A stretch of DNA of 32,000 bases from Xanthomonas campestris pv. campestris str. ATCC 33913 (GTDB taxonomy: Bacteria > Pseudomonadota > Gammaproteobacteria > Xanthomonadales > Xanthomonadaceae). Positions 1-8,439 of the stretch are shown here, piece after piece. Made by a program: the position numbers and the translations under genes. The notes under the pieces were generated by a model. That model saw only the letters and a program-made list of their open reading frames with translations, made no database searches and had not been told where the DNA came from. The DNA lies in NCBI RefSeq assembly GCF_000007145.1, contig NC_003902.1:4376497-4408496 (forward strand), in the 5' to 3' direction. Within the stretch, counting starts at the first letter, position 1. Every line of letters begins with the position of its first letter.

Positions 1-62
1 CCGAACTGCTACGCGACCTGGACCGGTTCGATGGCGCGCCGCGGCTGGTGGTCAACGCCTGA
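1..62 (+). CDS. 3' end of an unidentified gene entering from the left edge (partial)
   Basis: The frame starting at nt 3 is open and GC3-rich (...ELLRDLDRFDGAPRLVVNA*) with TGA at 60-62. The hairpin at 146-175 follows. Only 19 codons are visible, so no family call. Confidence 0.3.
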   Translation, partial: ELLRDLDRFDGAPRLVVNA

Positions 63-145
63 CGCGCGCAGCGTGAGTGCATTACCCACCTACGTTGCAC
101 GAAAGACACCGCGCCACACGCTCACGCAACACCCCGCTTCAAAAC

Positions 146-175
146 AAAAGGCCAGTGCTTGTGCACTGGCCTTTT
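146..175. terminator. Bidirectional intrinsic terminator between convergent genes
   Basis: AAAA-GGCCAGTGC-ttgt-GCACTGGCC-TTTT. Perfect 9-bp stem (150-158/163-171) flanked by an A-run and a T-run, between the + strand stop (60-62) and the permease stop (241-243). Confidence 0.8.
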
Positions 176-240
176 GCGTTTCATCACTCAGCGTGCAACC
201 GCATGCGCATCACCGCACGGGTGCACCGCGGCACTGACCC

Positions 241-1836
241 TCAGGCGCGCGCCACCGCCTGCTCCACCGACGGGGTGCGCCAGCCGCTGCGCACGCCCCA
301 GATGTAGAACACCAGCCCCACTGCGGCGACCACCGCCAGGTCGGTGCCGTAGCTCAGGTAGCCATGGCCGCCGAAATCGGTGCTGCCGGCCCAGGACAGC
401 AGCGCCACGATCGGCAGATAGCACACCATCCACGCCGCGCCCTTGAGGTTGCGGCGCAGGTCCGGCCAGCCCTGCTTGGCCTGGTAGTAGCAGTACACCG
501 GCAGCGCCACCACCATCAGCAGGATGATCTCACCGGTCAGCGGCCAGCGCGCCCAGTACAGCAGCTCGGTGGCCATCACGAACGCCACACCGGCCAGGAT
601 CGGCAGGAAGGCGATGCGCAGCGGGCGGTGCATGTCCGGTGCATGGCGGCGCAGCGCCATCGCGCTGATCGGCCCGGTGAGGTAGGAAATGATCGTCGCC
701 ACCGAAATCACCGCCGCCAGCGTGCCCCAACCCCGGAAGAAGAACAGGAACAGGTAGGACACCGCCAGGTTGAAGAACATCGCCATGCGCGGCACGCCCC
801 ACACCGGGTGCAGCTTGCCCAGCGCGGCCGGCAAGGTGCCGTTCTTTTCCATGCCGTAGACCATGCGCGCGGTGGTGGCGGTGTAGGTGATGCCGGTGCC
901 GCTGGGGCTCACGAACGCATCGATGTACAGCAGCATGGCCAGCCAGTGCAGGTTGACGATGATGGCCAGCTCGGCGAACGGCGAACGGAAATCGATGCCG
1001 TGCCAGCCGGCCTTGGCCAGCAACTCCGGCGGCACCGCGCCGATGTAGGCCACCTGCAGGATCAGGTACACCACCGTGGCCAGCGCGATCGAGCCCAGCA
1101 CCGCGAACGGAATGCTGCGCCCCGGGTTGCGCGCTTCGCCGGCCAGATTCACCGGGCTCTGGAAGCCGTTGAAGCTGAACACGATGCCGGCGGTGGCCAC
1201 GGCGGTGAGCACGGCGGCCAGGTCGATCACATGCGCATCGCCGTGGATGCCCACGCTGAAGTTTTCGCTGTGGAACCCGCTGGCGATCAGCGCCACGCCG
1301 GTCGCTGCCGGCACCACCAGCTTGAACACGGTGATCAAGGTGTTGGAGCGCGCGAACAGCTTCACGCTCCAGAAGTTGAGCAGGAAATACACCAGCACCA
1401 GCACCGCCGAAATCAGCAACCCCGGCACCGACAACTCGCCCGCCCCGCCGGGCGCCTGCACGTACAGGCTTTGTGCCCAGGGCCACGGCCAGGAGGCCAT
1501 GTACTGCACCGAGGCCTCGGCCTCGACCGGGATCACCGACACGATGGCGATCCAATTCGCCCAGCCGGCGATGAAGCCCACCAGCGAGCCGTGCGAGTAG
1601 TGGCTGTAGCGCACCATGCCGCCGGACTCGGGGAACATGGCACCGAGTTCGGCATACGACAGCGCGATGGTGGTGATGATGGCCGCGCCCAGGATCCAGG
1701 CCCAGATCGCGCCGGGGCCGGCCAGGCCGGCAGCGCGCCAGGCGCCGAACAACCAGCCGGAGCCGATGATCGAGCCGAGCCCGGTGAGCATGAGGGCGAA
1801 GGGGCCGACATCGCGGCGCAACGAGTGTTCGGACAT
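241..1836 (-). CDS. Amino acid permease (APC superfamily), 531 aa
   Basis: Full ORF with ATG start. N-terminus ...LTGLGSIIGSGWLFGAW... is typical of APC permeases, and hydrophobic segments consistent with multiple TM helices run throughout. The antisense 523-aa ORF is a GC artefact. Confidence 0.9.
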   Translation of the reverse strand: MSEHSLRRDVGPFALMLTGLGSIIGSGWLFGAWRAAGLAGPGAIWAWILGAAIITTIALSYAELGAMFPESGGMVRYSHYSHGSLVGFIAGWANWIAIVSVIPVEAEASVQYMASWPWPWAQSLYVQAPGGAGELSVPGLLISAVLVLVYFLLNFWSVKLFARSNTLITVFKLVVPAATGVALIASGFHSENFSVGIHGDAHVIDLAAVLTAVATAGIVFSFNGFQSPVNLAGEARNPGRSIPFAVLGSIALATVVYLILQVAYIGAVPPELLAKAGWHGIDFRSPFAELAIIVNLHWLAMLLYIDAFVSPSGTGITYTATTARMVYGMEKNGTLPAALGKLHPVWGVPRMAMFFNLAVSYLFLFFFRGWGTLAAVISVATIISYLTGPISAMALRRHAPDMHRPLRIAFLPILAGVAFVMATELLYWARWPLTGEIILLMVVALPVYCYYQAKQGWPDLRRNLKGAAWMVCYLPIVALLSWAGSTDFGGHGYLSYGTDLAVVAAVGLVFYIWGVRSGWRTPSVEQAVARA

Positions 1837-2025
1837 GACAGGCCTGGCAGCAAGACGCCGTGCAACGGCAACAAGCCGGCAATTCTCGCAGATGCGGCCG
1901 CTTGCCGTCAGTGCGTATTCAGCAGGCGTGCGTAACGCGCTGCCGCATTGCTGCCGATGGTTTCGCAGTGGCAGGGCTGCTCAGGGCAAGCGCTGCAGCG
2001 CATGCTTGGCACATCGACAGCACCA

Positions 2026-2394
2026 TCAGCCGTGGCAATCCGCCCCGGGGGCGCTGATGCCCACACAGGTGTGCGCCTGCCCGCTCACGCCGCGCACGGC
2101 GCGCTCCCGGCCCGGTGCCAGGGTGAAGCGGTCCAGCGTCTGCCGGGCGCAGGCCGCAGCCTTGCCGGCGCCCGCCGCTGGGCCGGCGCACTGCTCCACG
2201 TACACCAGGTAATGGCACTGCCCGCTGCTGCTGGCCAGGCAATGCATGCTCAATTCGCTGGCGGTGGCCAACGTCTTGCTGAAGAGCACATCGCGGCCTT
2301 CGCTGGTGGCGCGGGTAATGGACGTGGTGCCGTTACGTTCGTGGCAGCCGGCCAGGGCCAGCAGGCAATACACCAGGGAAGCGAGCAAGCGCAT
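2026..2394 (-). CDS. Cys-rich putative lipoprotein, 122 aa, unknown function
   Basis: Signal peptide with lipobox (MRLLASLVYCLLALAG|C). AGGA lies 8 nt upstream of the ATG. The gene starts 52 nt downstream of the LytTR gene on the same strand. The mature part carries further cysteines. No family recognised. Confidence 0.6.
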   Translation of the reverse strand: MRLLASLVYCLLALAGCHERNGTTSITRATSEGRDVLFSKTLATASELSMHCLASSSGQCHYLVYVEQCAGPAAGAGKAAACARQTLDRFTLAPGRERAVRGVSGQAHTCVGISAPGADCHG

Positions 2395-2445
2395 GGCGGC
2401 AATCCTTTCAGTCGATGCGGTATGGGGGAAGACGGGATGCGGGGC

Positions 2446-3222
2446 TCACATGCCGCGAAACAGGCTCATGAAGGGCTGGCTCACGGTGAGCGTTTCGCTG
2501 CGGCCGCGGAGCGCCAGGCGGCCCTTGCCGCTGTCGTCGCGCACCACCGAGGCCACGGCTTTCATGTTGACGATGGTGGAGCGGTGGATCTGCTTGAACA
2601 CGTGCGGGTCAAGCACGTCGAGCAACTCGCGCAGCGGCGTGCGCAAGATCGCCTCGCCGGCGGCGGTCATCACCGTGGTGTATTTCTGGTCGGCCTGGAA
2701 ATAGGCCACCTCATCCAGGGCGATCAGCCGCGTTTCGCGGCCGCTGCTGGCAGTGAGCCAGGCCAGTGGCGGTGGCGCACTGGCCGCGGCCGGGCGTGCG
2801 GCCAGGCGCTGCAGCAGCGATTCCAGCATGGCGCCATCGGGCTGGCCGGCGGCGGCGCGTTGCTGCACGCGCTGCCAGGTGGCCTGCAGCCGCTCGCGGT
2901 TGATCGGTTTGAGCAGGTAGTCCACCGCGCCCTGCTCGAACGCATCGATGGCGTACTGGTCGTAGGCGGTGACAAACACCACCTGGGTGCGCGGGCTGAC
3001 CTCACGCATCGCGCGTGCCACCTCGATTCCGGTGAGCCCGGGCATGCGGATGTCCAGGAACACCACATCCGGTTGCTGGGTGGCGATGGTGTCCAGCGCG
3101 CTGGCGCCGTCTTCGCATTCGGCCACCACCTGCAGCTGCGGGCACACCTCGGCCAGCAGCGCGAGCAGGGACTGCCGCAGCAGCGCTTCGTCTTCGGCGA
3201 TCACCGCACGCAGCGCGCTCAT
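2446..3222 (-). CDS. LytTR-family response regulator (REC + LytTR DNA-binding domain), 258 aa
   Basis: I place the start at the internal ATG (MSALRAVIAEDE...), which overlaps the kinase stop as ATGA (3219-3222). REC signature: EDE...FLDIRMPGLTG...KP. The C-terminal part (...YFQADQKYTTV...IHRSTIVNM...) is typical of LytTR. The ORF-track 5' extension to 3516 is rejected. Confidence 0.9.
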   Translation of the reverse strand: MSALRAVIAEDEALLRQSLLALLAEVCPQLQVVAECEDGASALDTIATQQPDVVFLDIRMPGLTGIEVARAMREVSPRTQVVFVTAYDQYAIDAFEQGAVDYLLKPINRERLQATWQRVQQRAAAGQPDGAMLESLLQRLAARPAAASAPPPLAWLTASSGRETRLIALDEVAYFQADQKYTTVMTAAGEAILRTPLRELLDVLDPHVFKQIHRSTIVNMKAVASVVRDDSGKGRLALRGRSETLTVSQPFMSLFRGM

Positions 3223-4529
3223 GCCTGCACCTGCGTGTGTGCGGCGGCAGTGCTGGGCAGCGGCGGTGGCGCTGCAGCGGCAGGTGCTGCAACCGGCGAG
3301 GACACCGCCGGCAGCGGCAAGCTGATGGTGGCAGCCACGCCACTGGGGAAGTTGGACACGATGGCAAAGCTCGCCTTGCCGCCGTAGATCAGCTGCAGCC
3401 GCTCGCGCAGGTTCTTCAGGCCGATGCCGGTGCCGTGGCTGTGGTTGTTGAAGCCCTGGCCGTCGTCGGCCACGGTGAGGGTGACCTGGTCGTCCTGGCG
3501 ACGCGCCAGGATCCATACCGTGCCACCGCCGGGCTTGGCTTCCAGCCCGTGCTTGATCGCGTTTTCCACCAGGGTCTGCAGCATCATCGACGGCAGCTGC
3601 AACGTGCGCAGTTCGTAGGGCACTTCCACCTGCAGCGCCAACCGCGTGCCCATGCGGATGCGCAGGATTTCCAGATAGGCCTGGGTGCGTTCGAGTTCTT
3701 CGCCCAGGGTGGCGATGGCACCGTCGGCGCTGGGCAGCGAGCTGCGCAGGTACTGGATCAGATGGCCGATCATGATGTCGGCGCGCGGCGGGTCGGTGCG
3801 CGCCAACACCTGCGCGCTGGCCAGCGTGTTGTAGAGAAAATGCGGCTCCACCTGCGCATGCAGCAGATTCAGGCGCGCCACCGCCAGCTCCTTTTCGATC
3901 ACCGATTGTTCGGCTGCAGCCTGTTCGTCGCGGCGCTGCTCGCCGACCCGGCGCACCACCGCGCGATTGATCGCCTCGGCGTTTTCATAGTTGCTGCCCT
4001 CATCCACCGCGAACAGGTCCACCCAGGCGCCGGCATCGGGCTCGCACAACAGCGTGACGCTGCTGGTGCCCTGCCCTGGGGTCACCGTCACCAGTACCTG
4101 GTTGCGCTTGATCGCAAAGCGCGCAAACAGATTCCAGCGCGAGGGCTGGCGCCCTTCGTACGGGTCGATGCGGCGCACCTTGGCGCGGATCAGCAAGCTG
4201 CCCGGTGCAGGCTCCACCTCCTCCACGCGCGGTAGGGCGCGCACCGCATCTTCGACCACCGCAAAGGCGGCCTGCGCATCCAGCGGAATCTCGATCTGGC
4301 GGCGTTGCCGGCTCGACAAGGCATCGTGGTCCAGCCGCCCGGCAATCAAGCGCACCCGCCGCACATGCGTGATCGAACTCATCAAGGCCATCACCATCAG
4401 TACGATGCTGACCAACCCGAAGAACGAGCCTGCCGAGCCGAACAGCTGCGCCCACATGATGCCGGCCACGATCAGCGCGGCGGCCCAGGCAAACACGATG
4501 CGGACAATCAGGAACACGCTGGCGGACAC
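3219..4529 (-). CDS. LytS/YehU-type sensor histidine kinase (2 TM, unassigned cytoplasmic domain, His_kinase, HATPase)
   Basis: H-box EPHFLYNTL, N-box LVENAIKHG, G-boxes DDGQGF and GTGIGLKNL. The start is uncertain. GTG at 4529 keeps both hydrophobic helices and GC3 stays high downstream of it; ATG at 4457 is the alternative. The ORF-track start at 4907 would run across the divergent DAO gene start. Confidence 0.85.
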   Translation of the reverse strand: MSASVFLIVRIVFAWAAALIVAGIMWAQLFGSAGSFFGLVSIVLMVMALMSSITHVRRVRLIAGRLDHDALSSRQRRQIEIPLDAQAAFAVVEDAVRALPRVEEVEPAPGSLLIRAKVRRIDPYEGRQPSRWNLFARFAIKRNQVLVTVTPGQGTSSVTLLCEPDAGAWVDLFAVDEGSNYENAEAINRAVVRRVGEQRRDEQAAAEQSVIEKELAVARLNLLHAQVEPHFLYNTLASAQVLARTDPPRADIMIGHLIQYLRSSLPSADGAIATLGEELERTQAYLEILRIRMGTRLALQVEVPYELRTLQLPSMMLQTLVENAIKHGLEAKPGGGTVWILARRQDDQVTLTVADDGQGFNNHSHGTGIGLKNLRERLQLIYGGKASFAIVSNFPSGVAATISLPLPAVSSPVAAPAAAAPPPLPSTAAAHTQVQA

Positions 4530-4720
4530 GACAGATGGCTCGGTGGGTGGACGCGGCGAGCATAGCCGGCACGCGGCGCGCGCAATGGCCCAGGCGACGA
4601 ATGGGCGCAAACGCGCCCTCAATTGCCGGTTCGGCGGAGCAAACCCGCTGGCACTGCGCGCGGACAGCGGCAGCCTGCGCGGTATGCTCGCCGCCTGCCG
4701 TCCACTGCACCGGGAGCCAC

Positions 4721-5938
4721 ATGCATCGTCGTCATTTCCTGCAAGGCAGCGCCGCCGTGCTCGCGCTCGCATCCAGCGGCGGTTGGGCGGCAACGCGTAC
4801 CAGCCGCAACGCCTTGGTGATGCCATCGGCCCCTGGCGTGGCGCCAGCGCCTGCCGCGCAGCCGGTCGGGTTCGCTGCCACGCCGCCGCTGGCGCCGATC
4901 CGCGCATCGGTCGATCGCATCATTGCGGTGAACGGCTGCACCCGCCCGTTCCGCGCGCAGGGGCCACGGATCGAAGCCGAGCGCATCGGCCGCAAGACCG
5001 TGGTGCACAACTACGGCCATGGTGGCAGCGGCTGGTCGTTGTCGTGGGGTGCGGCCGAGCACGCCTTGCGGTTGGTGCGCAGCGCCGATGCCGATGTGCG
5101 CGAACTGGCAGTGATCGGCTGCGGTGCGATCGGCCTGACCACCGCGCTGGTGGCACAACGCGCCGGCCTGCGCGTGCGCATCTACGCACGCGAGCAGCTG
5201 CCGGATGTGCGCTCGTTCTATGCCACCGGCGTGTGGTCGCCGGACTCGCGTGTGTGCACCAGCGCCGAGGCCACCGCGGCGTTTCGCACCCGCTGGGAGG
5301 AGATGGCGCGCATCTCGTTCCGGCGCTACCAGACCCTGCTGGGCCTGCCGGGCGAGCCAATCGAATGGCGCGATGGCTACGCCTTGTCGGACGTGCCGTT
5401 CGACCAACGCATCGCCTCGCCCGAAGCACACGAGCCGGACTATCCGCCGCTGGAACGCGACCTGCTCGGCGACCTGGGGCCGCACTCCGAGCCGGTGGCC
5501 GCCGGTGCGCATCCGTTCCCGGTACCGTTCGTGCGCCGTTACAGCCAGCTCACTTTCAACCTGAGCACCTACGCACGGCTACTGATGGATGATTTCATGC
5601 TTGCCGGCGGCGAGCTGCACATCCGCAGCTTCGACAGCCCGCGCCAGTTCGCCGACCTGCGCGAGAAGTGCGTGATCAATGCCACCGGCTACGGCGCGCG
5701 TGCGTTGCTGGGCGATGAAAGCGTCATTCCAATTCGTGGGCAGACCGCGCGGCTGATCCCGCAACCGGAGGTCACCTATGGGCTGGTGTGGCGCGGCCAC
5801 AATCTCAACGTGGTGCCGCGTCGCGATGGCATCCTGGTGCAGTCGCAAGGTCCCAACGACTACAACAACGCCGATGGCGCGCCGGACCGCGCTGCATCGG
5901 AAGCGGCGGTACGCGAACTGGCGCGTCTGTATGCCTAA
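4721..5938 (+). CDS. Tat-signal FAD-dependent oxidoreductase, D-amino-acid oxidase (DAO) family, 405 aa
   Basis: ATG at 4721 is preceded by GGGAG (4712-4716). Twin-arginine leader MHRRHFLQGSAAVLALA. HNYGHGGSGWSLSWG motif at aa 96-110. Dinucleotide-binding VIGCGAIGLTTAL at aa 131-143. ...VINATGYGARAL...IRGQ... follows later. Confidence 0.85.
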   Translation: MHRRHFLQGSAAVLALASSGGWAATRTSRNALVMPSAPGVAPAPAAQPVGFAATPPLAPIRASVDRIIAVNGCTRPFRAQGPRIEAERIGRKTVVHNYGHGGSGWSLSWGAAEHALRLVRSADADVRELAVIGCGAIGLTTALVAQRAGLRVRIYAREQLPDVRSFYATGVWSPDSRVCTSAEATAAFRTRWEEMARISFRRYQTLLGLPGEPIEWRDGYALSDVPFDQRIASPEAHEPDYPPLERDLLGDLGPHSEPVAAGAHPFPVPFVRRYSQLTFNLSTYARLLMDDFMLAGGELHIRSFDSPRQFADLREKCVINATGYGARALLGDESVIPIRGQTARLIPQPEVTYGLVWRGHNLNVVPRRDGILVQSQGPNDYNNADGAPDRAASEAAVRELARLYA

Positions 5939-6078
5939 GAGCTGCTAACAAAACATAGCGAGCAGTCGTCAGGTGGGTGCGGACAGCGTGGCGTAACTGG
6001 AGTGTCCGGGGGTACATGCCGATCCCGCGCAGCGGCCGCGTCCGCTTGGCGGCTGTGTAGTCGTTTTGATCGCTGCTC

Positions 6079-6270
6079 TTAGCCCTGCAGCGACGCCTGC
6101 AGGGCACTGGCCAAGGCCGCATCGCCGCTGACCAGGTCTTCCCAGCGCAGCACCACGCCCTTGCGCTTGCCCTTCTCCACCAGCTTGAGCGTGTCTGGGT
6201 CGATGGTCAGCGTGTAGGTCTGCTCGCCGATGCGCAATTCACGGCGCAGAGGTTTATCCAGTGGCGTCAT
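6079..6270 (-). CDS. Small hypothetical protein, 63 aa
   Basis: Internal ATG of the 192-aa ORF (MTPLDKPLRRELRIGEQTYTLTIDPDTLKLVEKGKRKG...). Strongly GC3-biased codons from this ATG on, while the upstream part of the ORF looks non-coding. Weak RBS. Confidence 0.5.
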   Translation of the reverse strand: MTPLDKPLRRELRIGEQTYTLTIDPDTLKLVEKGKRKGVVLRWEDLVSGDAALASALQASLQG

Positions 6271-6550
6271 TGCGGTGGTCCGTTGTGCAGGGAACCCTGT
6301 TGTAACGCACCGGCGAGCAGGCCGGTGCAGACACCGCGTCGACGCTGCGTTCATTGCCACTGTACGCAGCGTGCTTAGCCTCGGTCGTGACCACTGACGA
6401 GGAGGCTTGCATGCCGACATTCTTCTCTGCCAGCGCACTGACCCGCAGTCGCCGTGCCCTATGGCCATTTCCAGCCTTGCAACCCGCGCGCATCTGCAGT
6501 GTGCGCATTCGCGCGCTCGGCGTGGCGCCGCTTGCCATGGGAGCACGCCC

Positions 6551-7102
6551 ATGAGCACGCAGCGCTCTGCCCTGTTGATCGTGGACATGTTCAACCGCTT
6601 CGATTTCGATGGGGGCGAGCAACTCGCCCATCGCGCGCAGGGCGCCGCGCGCAGCATCGATGCGCTGGCCCAGCGTTACCGGCAGGCACAACGGCCGGTG
6701 CTCTACGCCAATGACAATTTCGCCGACTGGCATGCGGACCTTCCGGCGCTGATCGCATTGGCCTCGCAAGTGGATGCGCGTGGCTGCGAGATCGCGCGCC
6801 TGCTCACGCCGTATCCGCAGGACTACCAGTTGCTCAAGCCCAAGCACTCAGCGTTCTTGAACACGCCACTGTCGCCGCTGCTGAAGGACCTGCAGGTGGA
6901 GCACCTGGTCATCACCGGCGTGGCGCTGGATGTCTGCGTGCTGGCCACCGCCATCGATGCCGCTGCGCATGGGTTCGCTGTGAGCGTGCCGCGCGATTGC
7001 GCCACCGCCGAAACCGACGTGCGCGAAACCTGCGCGCGCACGATTCTGCAAGACGGTTTCCACGCGGCGTTGGCGCGCTCTGCGTCGATCGAACCGGCGT
7101 GA
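6551..7102 (+). CDS. Isochorismatase-family cysteine hydrolase, 183 aa
   Basis: ATG at 6551 with GGGAG 7 nt upstream. ALLIVDMFN... N-terminus, ...KPKHSAF... and ...LVITGVALDVCVLATAIDA... (catalytic Cys region) are typical of the family. Confidence 0.85.
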   Translation: MSTQRSALLIVDMFNRFDFDGGEQLAHRAQGAARSIDALAQRYRQAQRPVLYANDNFADWHADLPALIALASQVDARGCEIARLLTPYPQDYQLLKPKHSAFLNTPLSPLLKDLQVEHLVITGVALDVCVLATAIDAAAHGFAVSVPRDCATAETDVRETCARTILQDGFHAALARSASIEPA

Positions 7103-7239
7103 TGCATCGATGCGCTCCATCGCATTGCGCGGACTGAACAGGCCGCCATCGCACCGGGTTCACCGCATGCACCAATCGTCCTAACACTCGGCTGATTAGC
7201 GTAGGCACCACGCAACGACATGACCGCAGAGATCCAACG

Positions 7240-7755
7240 ATGACAACGATGCAATCCAGGGAACGTTTGGTGAAGTGGCTGCAGGATGCATACGCCATGG
7301 AAAAAGAGGCCGAAACCATGATGGCCGCCATGGCATCGCGCATTGAGCACTACCCCGAACTCAAACGCCGCATCGAGCAGCACGTGGAGGAAACCCAGCA
7401 GCAGTCGGCAGGCGTGCAGCGTTGCCTGGAATTGCTCAACGGCAGCATCCCCACCGCCAAGGGCATGTTGAGCAGTGTGCTCGCCAGCATGCACGCAGCG
7501 GGTAACTCGATGATGACCGATGAGGTCACCAAGGGCGTGGGTATCAGCTACGCCTTCGAGCATCTGGAAATTGCGTCCTACCGCGCGCTGGTGGTTGCTG
7601 CGCGCAGCGCGGGAGAGCAAGAGGTCGCGCAGATCTGCGAAGACATCCTGCAGCAGGAAATCGAGATGGCCGAGTGGTTGATCGAACACCAGGAAGCCAT
7701 CGTCGTCGCGTTTCTTGAACGCGAACAACTGGAAGGCGTCACCGCCAAGCGTTAG
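7240..7755 (+). CDS. yciE: YciE-like ferritin-fold stress protein (DUF892), 171 aa
   Basis: Aligns along its length with remembered E. coli YciE (WL+DA+AMEK+AE.M...MASRI..YPEL+.RIEQH..ET... to C-terminal GV.AK+). Confidence 0.9.
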   Translation: MTTMQSRERLVKWLQDAYAMEKEAETMMAAMASRIEHYPELKRRIEQHVEETQQQSAGVQRCLELLNGSIPTAKGMLSSVLASMHAAGNSMMTDEVTKGVGISYAFEHLEIASYRALVVAARSAGEQEVAQICEDILQQEIEMAEWLIEHQEAIVVAFLEREQLEGVTAKR

Positions 7756-7795
7756 TCCGCCCCATCCCCTTCGTCCACCCAGAAAGGAGCCACTC

Positions 7796-8302
7796 ATGGC
7801 GATCAAAACCGTTGAAGAATTGTTTGTCCACGAACTGTCCGACATCTACAGCGCCGAGAAGCAGCTGACCAAGGCATTGCCGCGCCTGGCCCGCGCCGCG
7901 ACCGAGCCCAAGCTCAAGCAGGCCTTCGAAACGCATCTGGAAGAAACCCAGGGCCAGGTCGAACGTATCGACCAGGTGGTTGAACTGCTCAGCATCAAGC
8001 TCAAGCGCATCAAGTGCGCGGCGATGGAAGGCCTCGTCGAAGAGAGCCGTGAGGTTATCGACTCGATCGAAGCCGGCCCGGTGCGCGATGCGGCCCTGAT
8101 CGGTGGCGCGCAGAAGGTGGAGCATTACGAGATTGCCTCGTACGGCACCATTGCCGCGCTCGCCAAGCAGCTGGGTTATGCCGATGCGTTGAAGCTGCTG
8201 CTGGAAACGCTGGAAGAAGAAAAAGCCACCGACGAAAAGCTCACCCTGCTCGCCGAACAGGGCGGCAACCAGAAAGCATCCCAGGCCAGCAAGGCGGCCT
8301 GA
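7796..8302 (+). CDS. yciF: YciF-like ferritin-fold stress protein (DUF892), 168 aa
   Basis: ATG at 7796 with AAAGGAG at 7783-7789. MAIKTVEELFVHELSDIYSAEKQLTKALPRLARA...KVEHYEIASYGT...LEEEKATD closely matches remembered E. coli YciF. Confidence 0.9.
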   Translation: MAIKTVEELFVHELSDIYSAEKQLTKALPRLARAATEPKLKQAFETHLEETQGQVERIDQVVELLSIKLKRIKCAAMEGLVEESREVIDSIEAGPVRDAALIGGAQKVEHYEIASYGTIAALAKQLGYADALKLLLETLEEEKATDEKLTLLAEQGGNQKASQASKAA

Positions 8303-8309
8303 TGTTCCG

Positions 8310-8340
8310 CGCGGGGCGGCCCTACCCGCCCCGCGTTTCC
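8310..8340 (+). terminator. GC-rich hairpin after yciF (terminator or attenuator)
   Basis: CGCGGGGCGG-ccctac-CCGCCCCGCG followed by TTTCC. 10-bp stem (8310-8319/8326-8335) but a short T tract. Confidence 0.45.
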
Positions 8341-8439
8341 TGCTGATCCTCAGCAGGTCTCCCTCCGCAAGCCAGCCCCGCGTCCTGTCCGCTCTTGCAG
8401 TGGCAGTTGTTGCCTGGCGCCAGTCATGGAGCGAAACCC

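Noticed and set aside
2446-4907. Long N-terminal extensions offered by the ORF track for the LytTR regulator (to 3516) and the kinase (to 4907). The same applies to the extensions of the oxidase (4535), isochorismatase (6407), yciF (7715), catalase (8395), galE (22780), GT (23817), glf (24797) and ABC (26878) ORFs.
   Set aside because: The extensions overlap the preceding gene or a divergent gene and lack coding bias. Internal starts with RBSs coincide with the canonical family N-termini.
5935-6080. CTAAGAGC(T/A)GC at both ends of the 140-nt spacer between the oxidase stop and the 63-aa gene stop, forming a distant inverted repeat.
   Set aside because: It is a short, imperfect match that includes both stop codons. 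It is most simply coincidence, with no stable hairpin or T tract.
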